From Ylistrum balloti (lineage: Eukaryota), in the NCBI RefSeq assembly GCF_031769215.1, contig NW_026782277.1:558001-622000 (forward strand): a stretch of DNA of 64,000 nt, given 5' to 3'. Shown here in pieces: positions 53,601 through 64,000 of this stretch (position 1 is its first letter; each line of letters starts with the position of its first letter). The translations under genes and the position numbers were made by a program. The notes under the pieces are model-generated. The model saw nothing but the letters and a program-made list of their open reading frames with translations. It was not told where the DNA came from and made no database searches.

Positions 53601-56600
53601 TGCAATCTTCACTACGTCATTATTTTATGTTGCATAAAAACAAGAAAATACCAACTTGTCTACAGAATCGTAATCCAATTTGAATTTAATTAAACTAGCG
53701 TAAAGTAGGGAAAATTGCAAGTGGACTTCTGAGAAGTTCAAGGAGAACAACACCAGGTGTTTCGGAATAGAAAGCGTTTTCTGATTCATCGCCGACAACC
53801 ACCATGTAAATATTGGCCAGTGCAAGTGAGTAATATCAAAATATCAAATGAGAAAAAAGGTATAAAAAACGGAACCAACAGGCAAACCAACGACCATCAA
53901 ACACGTCATACTAAATAACGCAGACAGAAAGATAAATTTATCCTTAAATATAATTGATTACTAGACATGGAGTGTGATGTCAAAATAGTTTAGCATGAAT
54001 TATTTCGCGTCATATTAAATTCATTATTAAAAATGAAAAGTTAAATTTGGTCAACATACAGAAAGAGACAAACAGTTCATACCCGTATTAAGTCTTCATA
54101 TCGTAAGCTTAGACATCGCATGCGCGGATTTGACTTCTTGGCAATTTCCCATTCTTTAACGTGGGTGAACCAGGAGGCTCCGCAGGTCGGCACTGAGTAT
54201 CAATATGATGAGTTCAATATGAAAATATTGTTTCTGATTAACAACACTGAGTCATGCATAAGATTTCCTGCTTTGCTTTATGTGTTAGAAATACTATACC
54301 ATTAGTGTTTTCGGTAGTCAATTAATGCAATCATACGAACATTTGCAATATTTTGTTTTTGTTTTTGTCACGAAATTCTCTTAATGCTTTCTATCAACAA
54401 TCAAACGGTTACAGTGAAGTATACACACACGCAAAAACATGTTTTCTCTTCTCGAAGGCGCATCACCCAAAGTACATGTATATTCCTTCTTATATTTTAT
54501 AAATTATACATCAACTTTTAACCCCACACTAAATCGGGTGTTGATAAAAATACGTATGTACTCATTTGTTAATAATAGGTATATACATTTTTAAAACATA
54601 TATTAGATTCCAACACTAGTGCTGCTTGATTTCAAAAGACTCATTGAACAAGAGAAAACCCCATATACCGCATACATCAGAATTTTCGTCCATATTTAAC
54701 TTTTGCCCTTTCACAAATGGCATGAAATAACAAGACTAATATTTGAAGTAACAGATGAAATTTATACATTTTATTTTTCAATGTTACCACTGAAGAAAAT
54801 AGAAGTTTAGTGCAAATGTGAGAAAATCCCAGGGGCGAGTATTCTCAATATTAAGATACAAATATATACACATATAATAACAACATGAAAATATTTTACT
54901 TACATCCGTCTGACACGAACTGGTGAAAAAATCCGTTGAAACTTCCCTGAAATAACCTGTTGTTGAGTCTAGATTGATATTCGAACAAGGAACAGAACAC
55001 GTCCTTTGGATTTCTGGTAACGTTGATAACTTTGATATTGCCCTGCTTTGCTTCTTCCGGAATAAATGGGTAGGTTAGATGGGTGGCATACGTACGTACC
55101 GAACCCAGTGTATTCATTTGTGATAAATTTTCAAATTCAAGCAGAAAAGGTGAGCCTGCATATTCGAGAGAACGATGTTGTAGCTGACAGATCATGTTGT
55201 ACACCCAATGAGTACCTGAAGTTAAATAAATAACTGAAGTGTATTAAACATGTTTCCTTTTTTCATTTGTTTTTCTTATACCAGACGTCATATGTCATAG
55301 CGTAAGGTCTGTCGCCAAACATGTTGTCGGTCGTCCAATGGTTTCTCGTTGCAACGTTTTCCCGAGAGCATCTTTGAGAAAGGGAACCAACTTGGTATAT
55401 AAGGTCGTTCTGCTTCACATGGGGTCTGTTGTGCATAAATGAGTCACTGCTTCAGATTGGTTGGTGTAGAATCCTATGTGCAGGACAGCTACAAATTTAT
55501 TCAGAATTATTTTATGTTAGTTTTTCTAAGTTAATGTATATGTAGGTATTCTAACCATGATAAGTAAGAACAAGGCTTAGTGAACAACTTCCCATAAATG
55601 GTGGGTTTTGAGTCCCACCTTCCCCAAGACTAAGGGAGAAGGATTACAAGTCTTTTTATCCGCGTACAAAATGGATCAATTGATCATCTTTGGTTAAAGG
55701 ATGCTCAATTCTGTACAAAGGTTGCTCCCGATAGGTGTTACAGAGAACAATCTTTATAATGGTTTTCTTCTCTTGGGATGAAAGTCTCATGACTACATCG
55801 AGTTAGAACCGGATTGTTTTCAACTTTTCTTCCGTAGGTCAGGTTTGATTAATATTGTATAACGTCCTATCAAAGCTTTTGTCATTTAAGTACAGCCTCG
55901 AGATGTATGTGAGTTGCATGTGATGCGTGTGCGTTTCAGAGGCCACAGTATGTTGCTGTAAGCCTTTTTCCTGATGGCGCGGAACCGAAGCCGATTTTAT
56001 GCTGCTTACCACCTGAAGTTTACTGTCGAAGTCCCATGAAGTCATCACAATCGGTCGCATTACAAAATGACCAACCTGTCGTTGCTCTATTACATTGACT
56101 AACGCTAAACAGTAAGTAGTAACTACCACTATTATAGACTTTGATATGTCTCGACAAATAAACTGAAAACAAAGCCTTATTCTTAGGTATAAATTGCATG
56201 TTTTTGAAACTTCATCGTCTATTTTAACACTCAGTGGAATAGAGATTTTTGTCAAAATAGCGGTTCACACTATGTCACATATTAAAATAAAACATGTTAG
56301 ATGGTAAAGCAAACCCCGAAAGTCCATAGGCTGTATAGATGCCATACCCAAACTAGCACACTACACATATAGATTACCTTCGTGCTAATTTTTCAATATT
56401 GCAAACATTCGTGGATATATAAATAAGTATTTGTTTGAATTAAGTTGTTCAAGTCATGTACATGCACATGATATCAATAGAAATAACATGTCTAAGTGAC
56501 ATTTTACAGTGTACCGCAGGCTACATAACTTTATCAATCACACTTACTATAGTATTTATCATGTTTGCGCAAAACTTTAACACATGAAGATAATTCAGTT

Positions 56601-57659
56601 TCATTCGTATGTATCTCGCTTGTTTATATATGTATATATAAGGCCTTCATGATATTGCTGTATTTTTCATAATATCATGTATTGTGGATCCTACTAAAAT
56701 CAAACATGATTTTGTACAGTCAAACCTGTCGTAAAGTTCATCTTTATACAAAGGTCTATAAAGATCACATTTTGGTTCACTGTGTAAGGCAATTCATATT
56801 ACTTTTCTCTGCTCCTTTGACTGCCATTTGTAGACAGGATTGACTGTTTATTTGAAATCTAGGGCTAGTACACTTCTCAATTTGATTTTGGTGTTTCATT
56901 CGATAGATTAACGGTCTTATTAGTCGTCTTCAGCATTTCAAACTTAAGGCCATATTTGTCGCTGATAAATCCTTAACGGACGAAATAGCTGTATGATGGA
57001 GTTTAGTCTAATTTTGAATTTGTATTCAAGCTATTATTTTTTTCGTATATCAAATACACATAAGGATAGCTAATAAGGATTCATTTTAATGACAAGGGAC
57101 TGATTATACTGACAAATAACTCGTTACAATGACAAATAACTCATCATACTGACAAAATGACAAATTATACTGACAAAAATATTGTTACACTGACAAATAG
57201 CTCGTCATACTGACAAAATGACCAATGACACGGGGAAAATGACTCTTTACACAGACAAATGACTCATCATACTGACAAAATGACCAATTATACTGACAAA
57301 TGACTCATCATACTGACAAAATGACCAATTATACTGACAAATGACTCATCATACTGACAAAATGACCAATTATACTGACAAATAACTCGTTACACTGATA
57401 AATGACTCCTTATACTGACATGACAAGCTTGTATTCTGTAACGAATGATGAACCTGCGAGCATGTATTACATGTATCACCCTCTTACCTGATTTAGGATA
57501 TGAACACAATAGGACGTCGTCTTCATGGAACTGCAGGGAAGATATTTCAGCTAGTGTGTCACTTATATTTCCAGACATCTCTGGATGAAATCGCCTACCT
57601 TTGTGTTGCTTAAAACCTATTGTGTTTCCATCGTTATCTACCACAGTTATTACATCCAT
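50684..57659 (-). CDS. Cytosolic sulfotransferase (SULT family, Sulfotransfer_1 type), 298 aa
   Basis: Exons (minus): 57488-57659, 54904-55215, 54083-54192, 51773-51959, 50684-50799. Total 897 nt, GT-AG, phases consistent. Motifs: SYPKSGTHW (5'-PSB loop), ATHL (catalytic His), RNPKDVFCS (3'-PB), YEDL, RKGVIGDWK and KQKLTVKQNE (KxxxTVxxxE dimer motif). Confidence 0.92.
53745..53910 (+). repeat. Dispersed SINE-like repeat copy in a sulfotransferase intron
   Basis: CCAGGTGTTTCGGAATAGAAAGCGTTTTCTGATTCATCGCCGACAAC...CATCAAACACGTC matches the family. Confidence 0.55.
56717..56846. mobile_element. 130-bp Tc1/mariner-type MITE
   Basis: 14-bp terminal inverted repeats CAGTCAAACCTGTC / GACAGGATTGACTG (1 mismatch). 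TA lies at the left flank. The right flank is TT, so the TSD is imperfect. Confidence 0.6.
57105..57420. repeat. 41-bp minisatellite (two ~20-bp ATACTGACAAA subunits) in sulfotransferase intron 1
   Basis: ATACTGACAAAATGACCAATTATACTGACAAATGACTCATC is repeated, with degenerate edges. Confidence 0.9.
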
Positions 57660-59290
57660 CTTCTGTGCGCTTCCACATGAAATAACAACTTTAGATTAAT
57701 CTAAGGTAAGAATAGTACACCTCAAGTTGATGAATATAATTGGTAATTTAAACGCAGCAGATGTCTCACTTTATTATCATGTATGTATGTCCGTTAAACA
57801 GCTTTTAGTAAAGCAGTTGTTGTACATCGATATGGCATTTGCAATTCAATATACATTTTTACAGCATTTACACAGTATTAACTATTTGATATATCTATAT
57901 GGCTACATTATTACCTATCTTATATATACATAATCGCAGTATTTAATATTTCATATATCTATCATAACAGTATTTACTATTTTAATATATCTATATTGCT
58001 ACCGTATAATATACTATTTTATATACTATTTTATATAACAACTGTCTTTTTCGAATCCATGTAGTTAGATTTATTCAATTATGTTTCGATAATACTTAAA
58101 ATATACATATATAAATGAAAAAAATACTCTCACGCATACATAAAACACCCTTAAACAATTATAATTAACATATGTAACGTCTTAAACAATTTAACTTACT
58201 TGATGGTATGAAAATCTTAGGATTAGATTTAGAATACCCAGTTTTCCGTCGGACATGTAGATACTGCTGTTTATCATGAACGTATTAAGATCAGTTAAAG
58301 ATGTTGACCCTTTCAATGAAGTAACTCTAAGGACAGTGTTAAATAGCTCTATCACTGAAATAATCCAGGTAACATCGGTACGATAACGTCTTGCTGTTGA
58401 TTGGACAAGACGTTGTAAGGGTCCAGTCGGAGTTTTACACATTTGCAAGTAAATTATGAGTGTGTACAGTTTTGGTGACGACAGCAGCCGAACGTTTGTG
58501 AAAAAGAGTTCGAGTGGTCGGTAACGATAATGTGAAATAAGCTCATAGCGAGGACACAATATTTGTGGAAAATTGGGAAAAAAAAAGAAACAAAAATATC
58601 ACATTCAATCACTTGTAGATGGTAGAGATATTTATTCTGAAATATATAAACTGTATGTGATAATAAATACTTAAAATAAAATTCCATCACAGAAGTTTCT
58701 AGTCATGTTAAAGTTGTAATACTGTAATGTAAGAGCAAGCAAATTATCAAATATTCACCACATTTTCATTAACAGGTGTTTTGACTTACCCTCTCTCAAT
58801 AACCGTGTATCTACAGAACGTTGCACTGTTACTTTAAAAGACTTTATTACTTCTGCTGAAGATAACTAAGTCATAAGCTGAATAAATATTCTTGTCATTG
58901 ACCTTGAGGTAAAGGTCAAAGTGACCCAAAAGAACGGTACTGCATATCACATTCAAGTGATAAAGGTGTTCATCAACTTTCATTAAGATATTTGAAAATA
59001 GTATAGATGTAATTGCCTGAACAAGAAACTAACAAAAGATCCAGGATTACTTTTACTAAAACAATATTTTCCCTTCACTGATTTCAAGAGAAGACATAAT
59101 CAAAAATATCCAGAGAGTGAAAATAAACTATATGAAACTAAGTATCATAGAAAGCAAAAGGTCAAAGAGCGTAATGGTCATCTTAGTATAGTCATACCAA
59201 AATATATGAAACTGTTCTGTAATTCTATTGTGGTTTAGATAATACAAATTTTCAGTTCAAATTAATCACAGCAATATCAATGTTTTGCAG

Positions 59291-60450
59291 ATGGCTTGTG
59301 GTACAAGATAAAGGATCACAAATGCAGTTGCAAGCTGGCCAGGATCAGTCCATAATGCCAGAATCTTCAGGGGTCGAATATATGTTTCAATTTGAAAAAT
59401 GGTAAATCCAGTAAATCAAATGATTTAGTTCTTCATAATAAATCCATAATGCCAGAATCTTCAGGGGTCGAATATATGTTTCAATTTGAAAAATGGTAAG
59501 TAAATCCAGTTCATAAACGATACAAATGATTTACCGTTCTCGTACATAATAAATCTTAAGTTAAAAGTTATTTTTGATGTAAAATCGAGATTATCAAAAA
59601 CTGCATTGGTGATTACTAGGAATGACAATCTGAGACGTAGTGTAACGGTATATCTACAACATGGTTAGCATATTTTTTATTCATTCTTTATTTAAATACT
59701 ACAAAGTTGTTCATTCTGGCATCTTCACTCAAATCCACTCATCTAACTGCTGATACTGCAATGTTATTCTATTGGTTGACGAGTTGAGCCTATTAAAGAT
59801 GTCACAGTAACATTGGCCTGTGCTGTTTTGCACAATATTGGGATTGCCAGAAATGACATTGAAGGCCTTCCTGAAGAAGATGAGAGTGGATTGTATTCCC
59901 ATTGTCCCTCGCGTTTTGAAAATTTAAGGGAAAAATATGTAAGAACATACCGTTGAGTGTAAATTAATCTTTTCATCCTAGTGCACTACTAGCGCACGCG
60001 ATAAAGACTAAAAGTTCACACGAAAAAGATTACAGGTGCACAAAACCAACACAGGTGATACCACAATTTCCCGTACAGATGAATGGGCCGTTCCAGAGCT
60101 ACTTCAGCAACCAGAATACCTCATCTGATGAAACCCAACAGGTAAAGTAGCCATTTCATCAGCAGGGGTCTTAGTGCACTTCTAGTTTACATGTAGTCTA
60201 TTTTTCATGCACTTGTCTTAACCGTGTGCACTACAAGTGAACTTTGTGTTGATTCAACGATTAGTCTATTCAACTCTTATAGCGTTATTTACCTTCTTCA
60301 TAAAGGAATTCTCAATCGGGTCGCTTAAGCCGTCGCAAAAATCCCTCAGCTTAAGGAATATTTATACAAGGCAAATTTGAGGAAATCTCAAGGATGGGAA
60401 CCTTAACCTGAGGAAATCTCAAGTTGAGATTGTTGAATACAAGCGGGGCC
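59291..60450 (+). mobile_element. Decayed PIF/Harbinger DNA transposon (HARBI1-like transposase 3' half plus probable right terminus)
   Basis: Translates to RITNAVASWPGSVHNARIFR (59312-59371) and RVEP...ACAVLHNIGI...YVRTYR* (stop ends at 59956), both Harbinger transposase hallmarks. It has an in-frame stop and frameshifts. The subterminal CTCAAG/TTGAG repeats end in GCGGGGCC at 60450. Confidence 0.75.
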
Positions 60451-60909
60451 AGGCAACCTTTAGTAATGCAAAAGTAGTTTCCAACTTAATGAATATGTAG
60501 GCGATACGTGTCTGGCGTTATTGAAGTAGTGACGTATAGAGTATTACTTCCAAGTCTCCCAAACTCTACGTTTGCAAGACCTGAGCAGACGCCTCTGAAT
60601 GCTGGAATTCAATAGCGTATATTTCGGTAAGTAACCCTTGTACAATGTCATCGTTGGCAACATATAATCAGATAATTGTTATATAGATTCGATCAGTAAC
60701 ATAAAAGTAGTAACATTATATAAACAATATTATTCAATAGTTTTTTACATACGTTTCTAAAAAAACTAATGGGATTTATTCAATAATCGTCATCGGATTT
60801 GTTTCAAATAGCTTGATTTTCAAGAATCTTCCTTAAATTATACGTTGCATATTGCAAGGCTTAGAAGAATTAATCTTCAACTAAATGTAAATTTATGTTC
60901 CGATTTCTA

Positions 60910-60990
60910 CAGTCGAACCTCGTTATCTCGAAGTCCGCGGTATCAAGGGAAAACTTCGAGATAACCGAATTCGATTTAATCGAGTTCGAA
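60910..60990 (+). mobile_element. Left end of a Tc1/pogo-type MITE
   Basis: TA|CAGTCGAACCTCGTTATCTCGAA followed by TTCGAGATAAC subterminal repeats. No matching right end was found. Confidence 0.45.
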
Positions 60991-61030
60991 TGTGCTGTGT
61001 CAAGTAAAGCAGCGACCAACGAAATGTTTT

Positions 61031-61755
61031 AAATTATTATGATTATTATTATGATAATCTTAACAGCCCGTCAACCCATAAACGATCAACAGGGCCACCA
61101 AACGGTAAAACACAAGGTAAAAGACAACTGTTAAAAATCTTAAATGGGTATGTTAACACAAAATATCAAAATGGTACATCATAGTCTATTATATAGACCA
61201 ACATCTTTCAGGTAATATAGAATTTTTAAAATCTCAACAGTTTCAAAAAGGGTTTTAGACATGTAATGTTACGATAAAACATTCTCGAATAGACAGAAGG
61301 TCGATGCGGTCCAATAAAAATATTTAGCGGTGAATGGCTCATCACATCCTATGAGTCGAGGATTAACTTCGCCTTTCAACAAATAGGAATGTGTAAGGTA
61401 TGTATGACCAATCCGAAGACGGGCCAGGACAACTTCGTCTCGGTGGTTGTCTCTATAGCCTGGAGACCATTCACCGATAAAAGGTGTAACGGAGTGCAAA
61501 TTGTTATTGGGATATGTATTCCATTGCTCCTGCCACTAAGCTTTTAAAATTTGTTCAATAGATGGTTTAAAATCGGTAAAATGAAGTTTGAAAACAACAG
61601 GTGGTAGCGATAAAGCTTCCTTTGCGGCACGATCTGCTTTCTCGTTGCCTGGTATTCCCATGTGCCCAGGAACCCAGCAAAAAACAATACAAACGTTAAA
61701 GGCAAGATCATGATATAGAATTAATGTATTACGAATGGAAATATTTTCTTTTATT
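61031..61755 (-). mobile_element. 5'-truncated non-LTR retrotransposon (I-group-like; RNase H plus C-terminal zinc knuckle), degenerate
   Basis: The minus strand encodes CWVPGHMGIPGNEKADRAAKEAL (RNase H) and EVVLARLRIGHTYLTHSYLL, with stops and frameshifts. A (TAA)n-like tail lies at 61031-61056. Confidence 0.85.
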
Positions 61756-62039
61756 TGTAGCTAAACGTGGGTGTATAGTGTATATACGTCTTTTATGTAA
61801 TATTTTATCTTCTCACAGTATGACATTGATACAATCAAAATCCACGATCACGTGATGGCTTAGAGGACAGGTGTGTTTGTACGTCGGGGATTGTATTCTG
61901 TTGATTATATTTCTCAATTTGTGTCTATTGTCAAAAATTTTTGTCAGTAAGTACTTGGAACTCTTGGTGCATAGATATACGGAACATTGTGTCTGTTCTT
62001 CTGTTTATCGTTGATATATTTGGTTTTCTTTGGAGGACA

Positions 62040-63100
62040 ATGGATAAGCCTACGCACGGACTCACCGTAGACGGAGCGCCGACACGTACATGTACCTCTC
62101 AGGTGAGCGGTGTTGAAACTATTTTGATTACTGAAGACCAAGCTAACATTTATTCATCCCCCGTTCATACTGGAATGAAACGAAATACTCCAGATACTTC
62201 CCCTAGTCCTCATTTTGTGGATAGCGTTTCTAAAAAAGCGCAATTTTCTGATACACCGCCCGGTCACGCCCAGTCTCCCTGGCATTTGGGACACACAGCA
62301 GGGCAGTCTTCTCCACAACCTGATCTCTCTATTAAAACTGATGTGATTAAACGTTTGATTGATGAACTTGTTGGTCCCGTGTCACAATCAGTTGCCCAGG
62401 TGTTGAAGACTACCTTGATAGATGAGTTTCGTCCGATGATCGAGAGCGCTGTAAAAGTGGTTCTGGAATCAAACGACAGTATAGGTCGTTTCATAACTAA
62501 TTGTGTGGACAGCAAAATCCAATCTGATCCGCATCTTGTAGACAGGGAAGCAGAGGTAAAGAAAATAGAGGTACACGAAAAGGAAATCGAGACTGAAAAA
62601 AAGCGATTGATCTGCTTGAAAAGAAAGTTGCAAATCAAACTAGCATTATGGATGAACATGAACAGTACTCGAGAAGAACGTGTTTAAAATTTCTTAATGT
62701 TCCTGTACCTGAAGGACAAACGAGCTCCACATTCGATCCATTAAAAGCTGTACTAAACATATTAAGCAAACTTGATATCGACATGCCTTCTCATGCTATA
62801 TCTAGGTGTCACATCTTAGGTCAAATTACTGATGCCAGAGTAACAATCATCGCCAGGTTTGTTCGTTACTATGACCGGCAGATGGTGTTCGAGAGGAAGA
62901 AAAAGTTAAAAGGCAACGCCCACCGGACTATGATCGTAGAGTCACCGACAAATGATCGTCAGCGAGTTGAACAAACTTCGACGCGACAATAAAATTCATT
63001 CGTTTTGGACAAGAGACGGAATAATTTTTGGAAGGAAGAGAGATCTGCAAAGACACTGGTGTTAAGTGTTCTTCAATCAGCCGTCTAGTTCCAGACTATG
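62040..63100 (+). pseudogene. Frameshifted LINE ORF1-like gene (coiled coil plus RRM-type EQYSRR domain plus WTRDG C-terminus)
   Basis: A coiled coil (EVKKIEVHEKEIETEK) frameshifts into EQYSRRTCLKFLNVP...ISRCHILG...TIIARFVRYYDRQMVFERKKKLKG. A further frameshift leads to HSFWTRDGIIFGRK (63006). No ORF2 follows within the window. Confidence 0.75.
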
Positions 63101-63554
63101 TGTATGTACCGCGCGTAAACTCGAGACATTCTTAACTAAACAAAAAAAATATTTTGTGAAATTCAATGTTTATTATGAATTCTCAATATATATATATTAA
63201 GTAATACTTTCTATATCTCATAAAGCTGGTGAATTGAATTCAATGCTCTGGTAACACGTGGCTATTTGGCGTAACACGTGGCTTTTGTTATTGTTGTCAA
63301 TGAGCCGCACGCGGGCTAGAGGGGCGTGGCCTTAGCTTGTTTACCTTTTTCTATAGTTGTTCAGCGTGGTGTGAATAAAATATATAAAGTTACATGCAGA
63401 GCATTAATATACAAGTGTATATATATATATTAGTAGTAACGCTAGGGTGAATATACAGCCCAAGCTAACCCTACGCTTTTAGCACTTTTTTTTCAACCAG
63501 GGTACGTATGTTGGCCTGAATCTGTATGCAAATGAATACATTTCAAGGGTCACA

Positions 63555-64000
63555 CTTCGGGTACCAGCCCAAGCACATGATATATGTATATATAACTAGA
63601 AAACTATATATATATATATATTGTATTATTATAAGTACATATGCAAATAGCGTACATGGGCTACACATCAATTCTAGTATAAAATATTGGGACCAGTCCA
63701 AAAGTATAGTATGATTTTATTATGTTAAATACTCGGGGTAAACATTGAAGCTCTATATGCAAATCAAGTTTTTGACTCACTGATGTGTCGTATGCGCATG
63801 CTTAATGGGTACCAGCCCCAGTGCATAACTTGTGTTTATACTTTTTTGTTTTGTATTATTATAAATACATATGAACATAGCTTACACTTCAGTTTTAGTA
63901 TAAAGTGTTGGGACCAGCCCAAATGTAGAGTATAATCTTATTATGTTAAATATCCAGGGTAAAAATCGTAGCTCTATATGCAAATCAAGAATTTAGACAC
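63555..64000. repeat. Imperfect ~220-250 bp tandem/satellite repeat running to the window edge
   Basis: GGGTACCAGCCC at ~63559 and ~63807. GCTCTATATGCAAATCAAG at ~63750 and ~63971. Confidence 0.7.

Noticed and set aside
55839-56255. 138-aa ORF in sulfotransferase intron 1
   Set aside because: No motif was recognised in any frame. The segment may be an old transposon fragment, but I cannot support a call.
57105-57420. Regular repeats as a CRISPR array (also 29509-30129)
   Set aside because: There are no unique spacers and no cas genes, and the context is eukaryotic intron.
62264-62659. 131-aa minus-strand ORF
   Set aside because: It is the antisense shadow of the ORF1-like remnant.

Overview
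AT-rich, intron-rich animal genomic DNA, probably from a mollusc (inferred from repeat style and gene content; the species cannot be determined here). The window is a protease cluster. It holds four complete 7-coding-exon cathepsin L-like genes: A (-), B (-), C (-) and D (+). It also holds the last exon of a fifth copy (+) at the left edge. Between the divergently transcribed copies C and D lies a two-exon gene for a bacterial-type M4 zinc metalloprotease (vibriolysin/pseudolysin architecture: signal peptide, FTP/PepSY propeptide, M4 catalytic domain, PPC-like tail). Its signal peptide is encoded by a separate 55-nt exon 2.4 kb upstream of the long ORF. This makes it a candidate domesticated bacteria-to-animal horizontal transfer and the main finding. 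To the right is a 5-exon cytosolic sulfotransferase gene (-). The last 5 kb is a pile of transposon relics: a Harbinger transposase, an RNase H-bearing LINE 3' end and a LINE ORF1-like remnant. Cathepsin copies A, B and D share a promoter layout of a CLEAR-like CACGTG box, a TATA box and a short non-coding exon 1. All gene models were built by hand from splice signals and reading-frame/phase checks. No database search or expression data were available.
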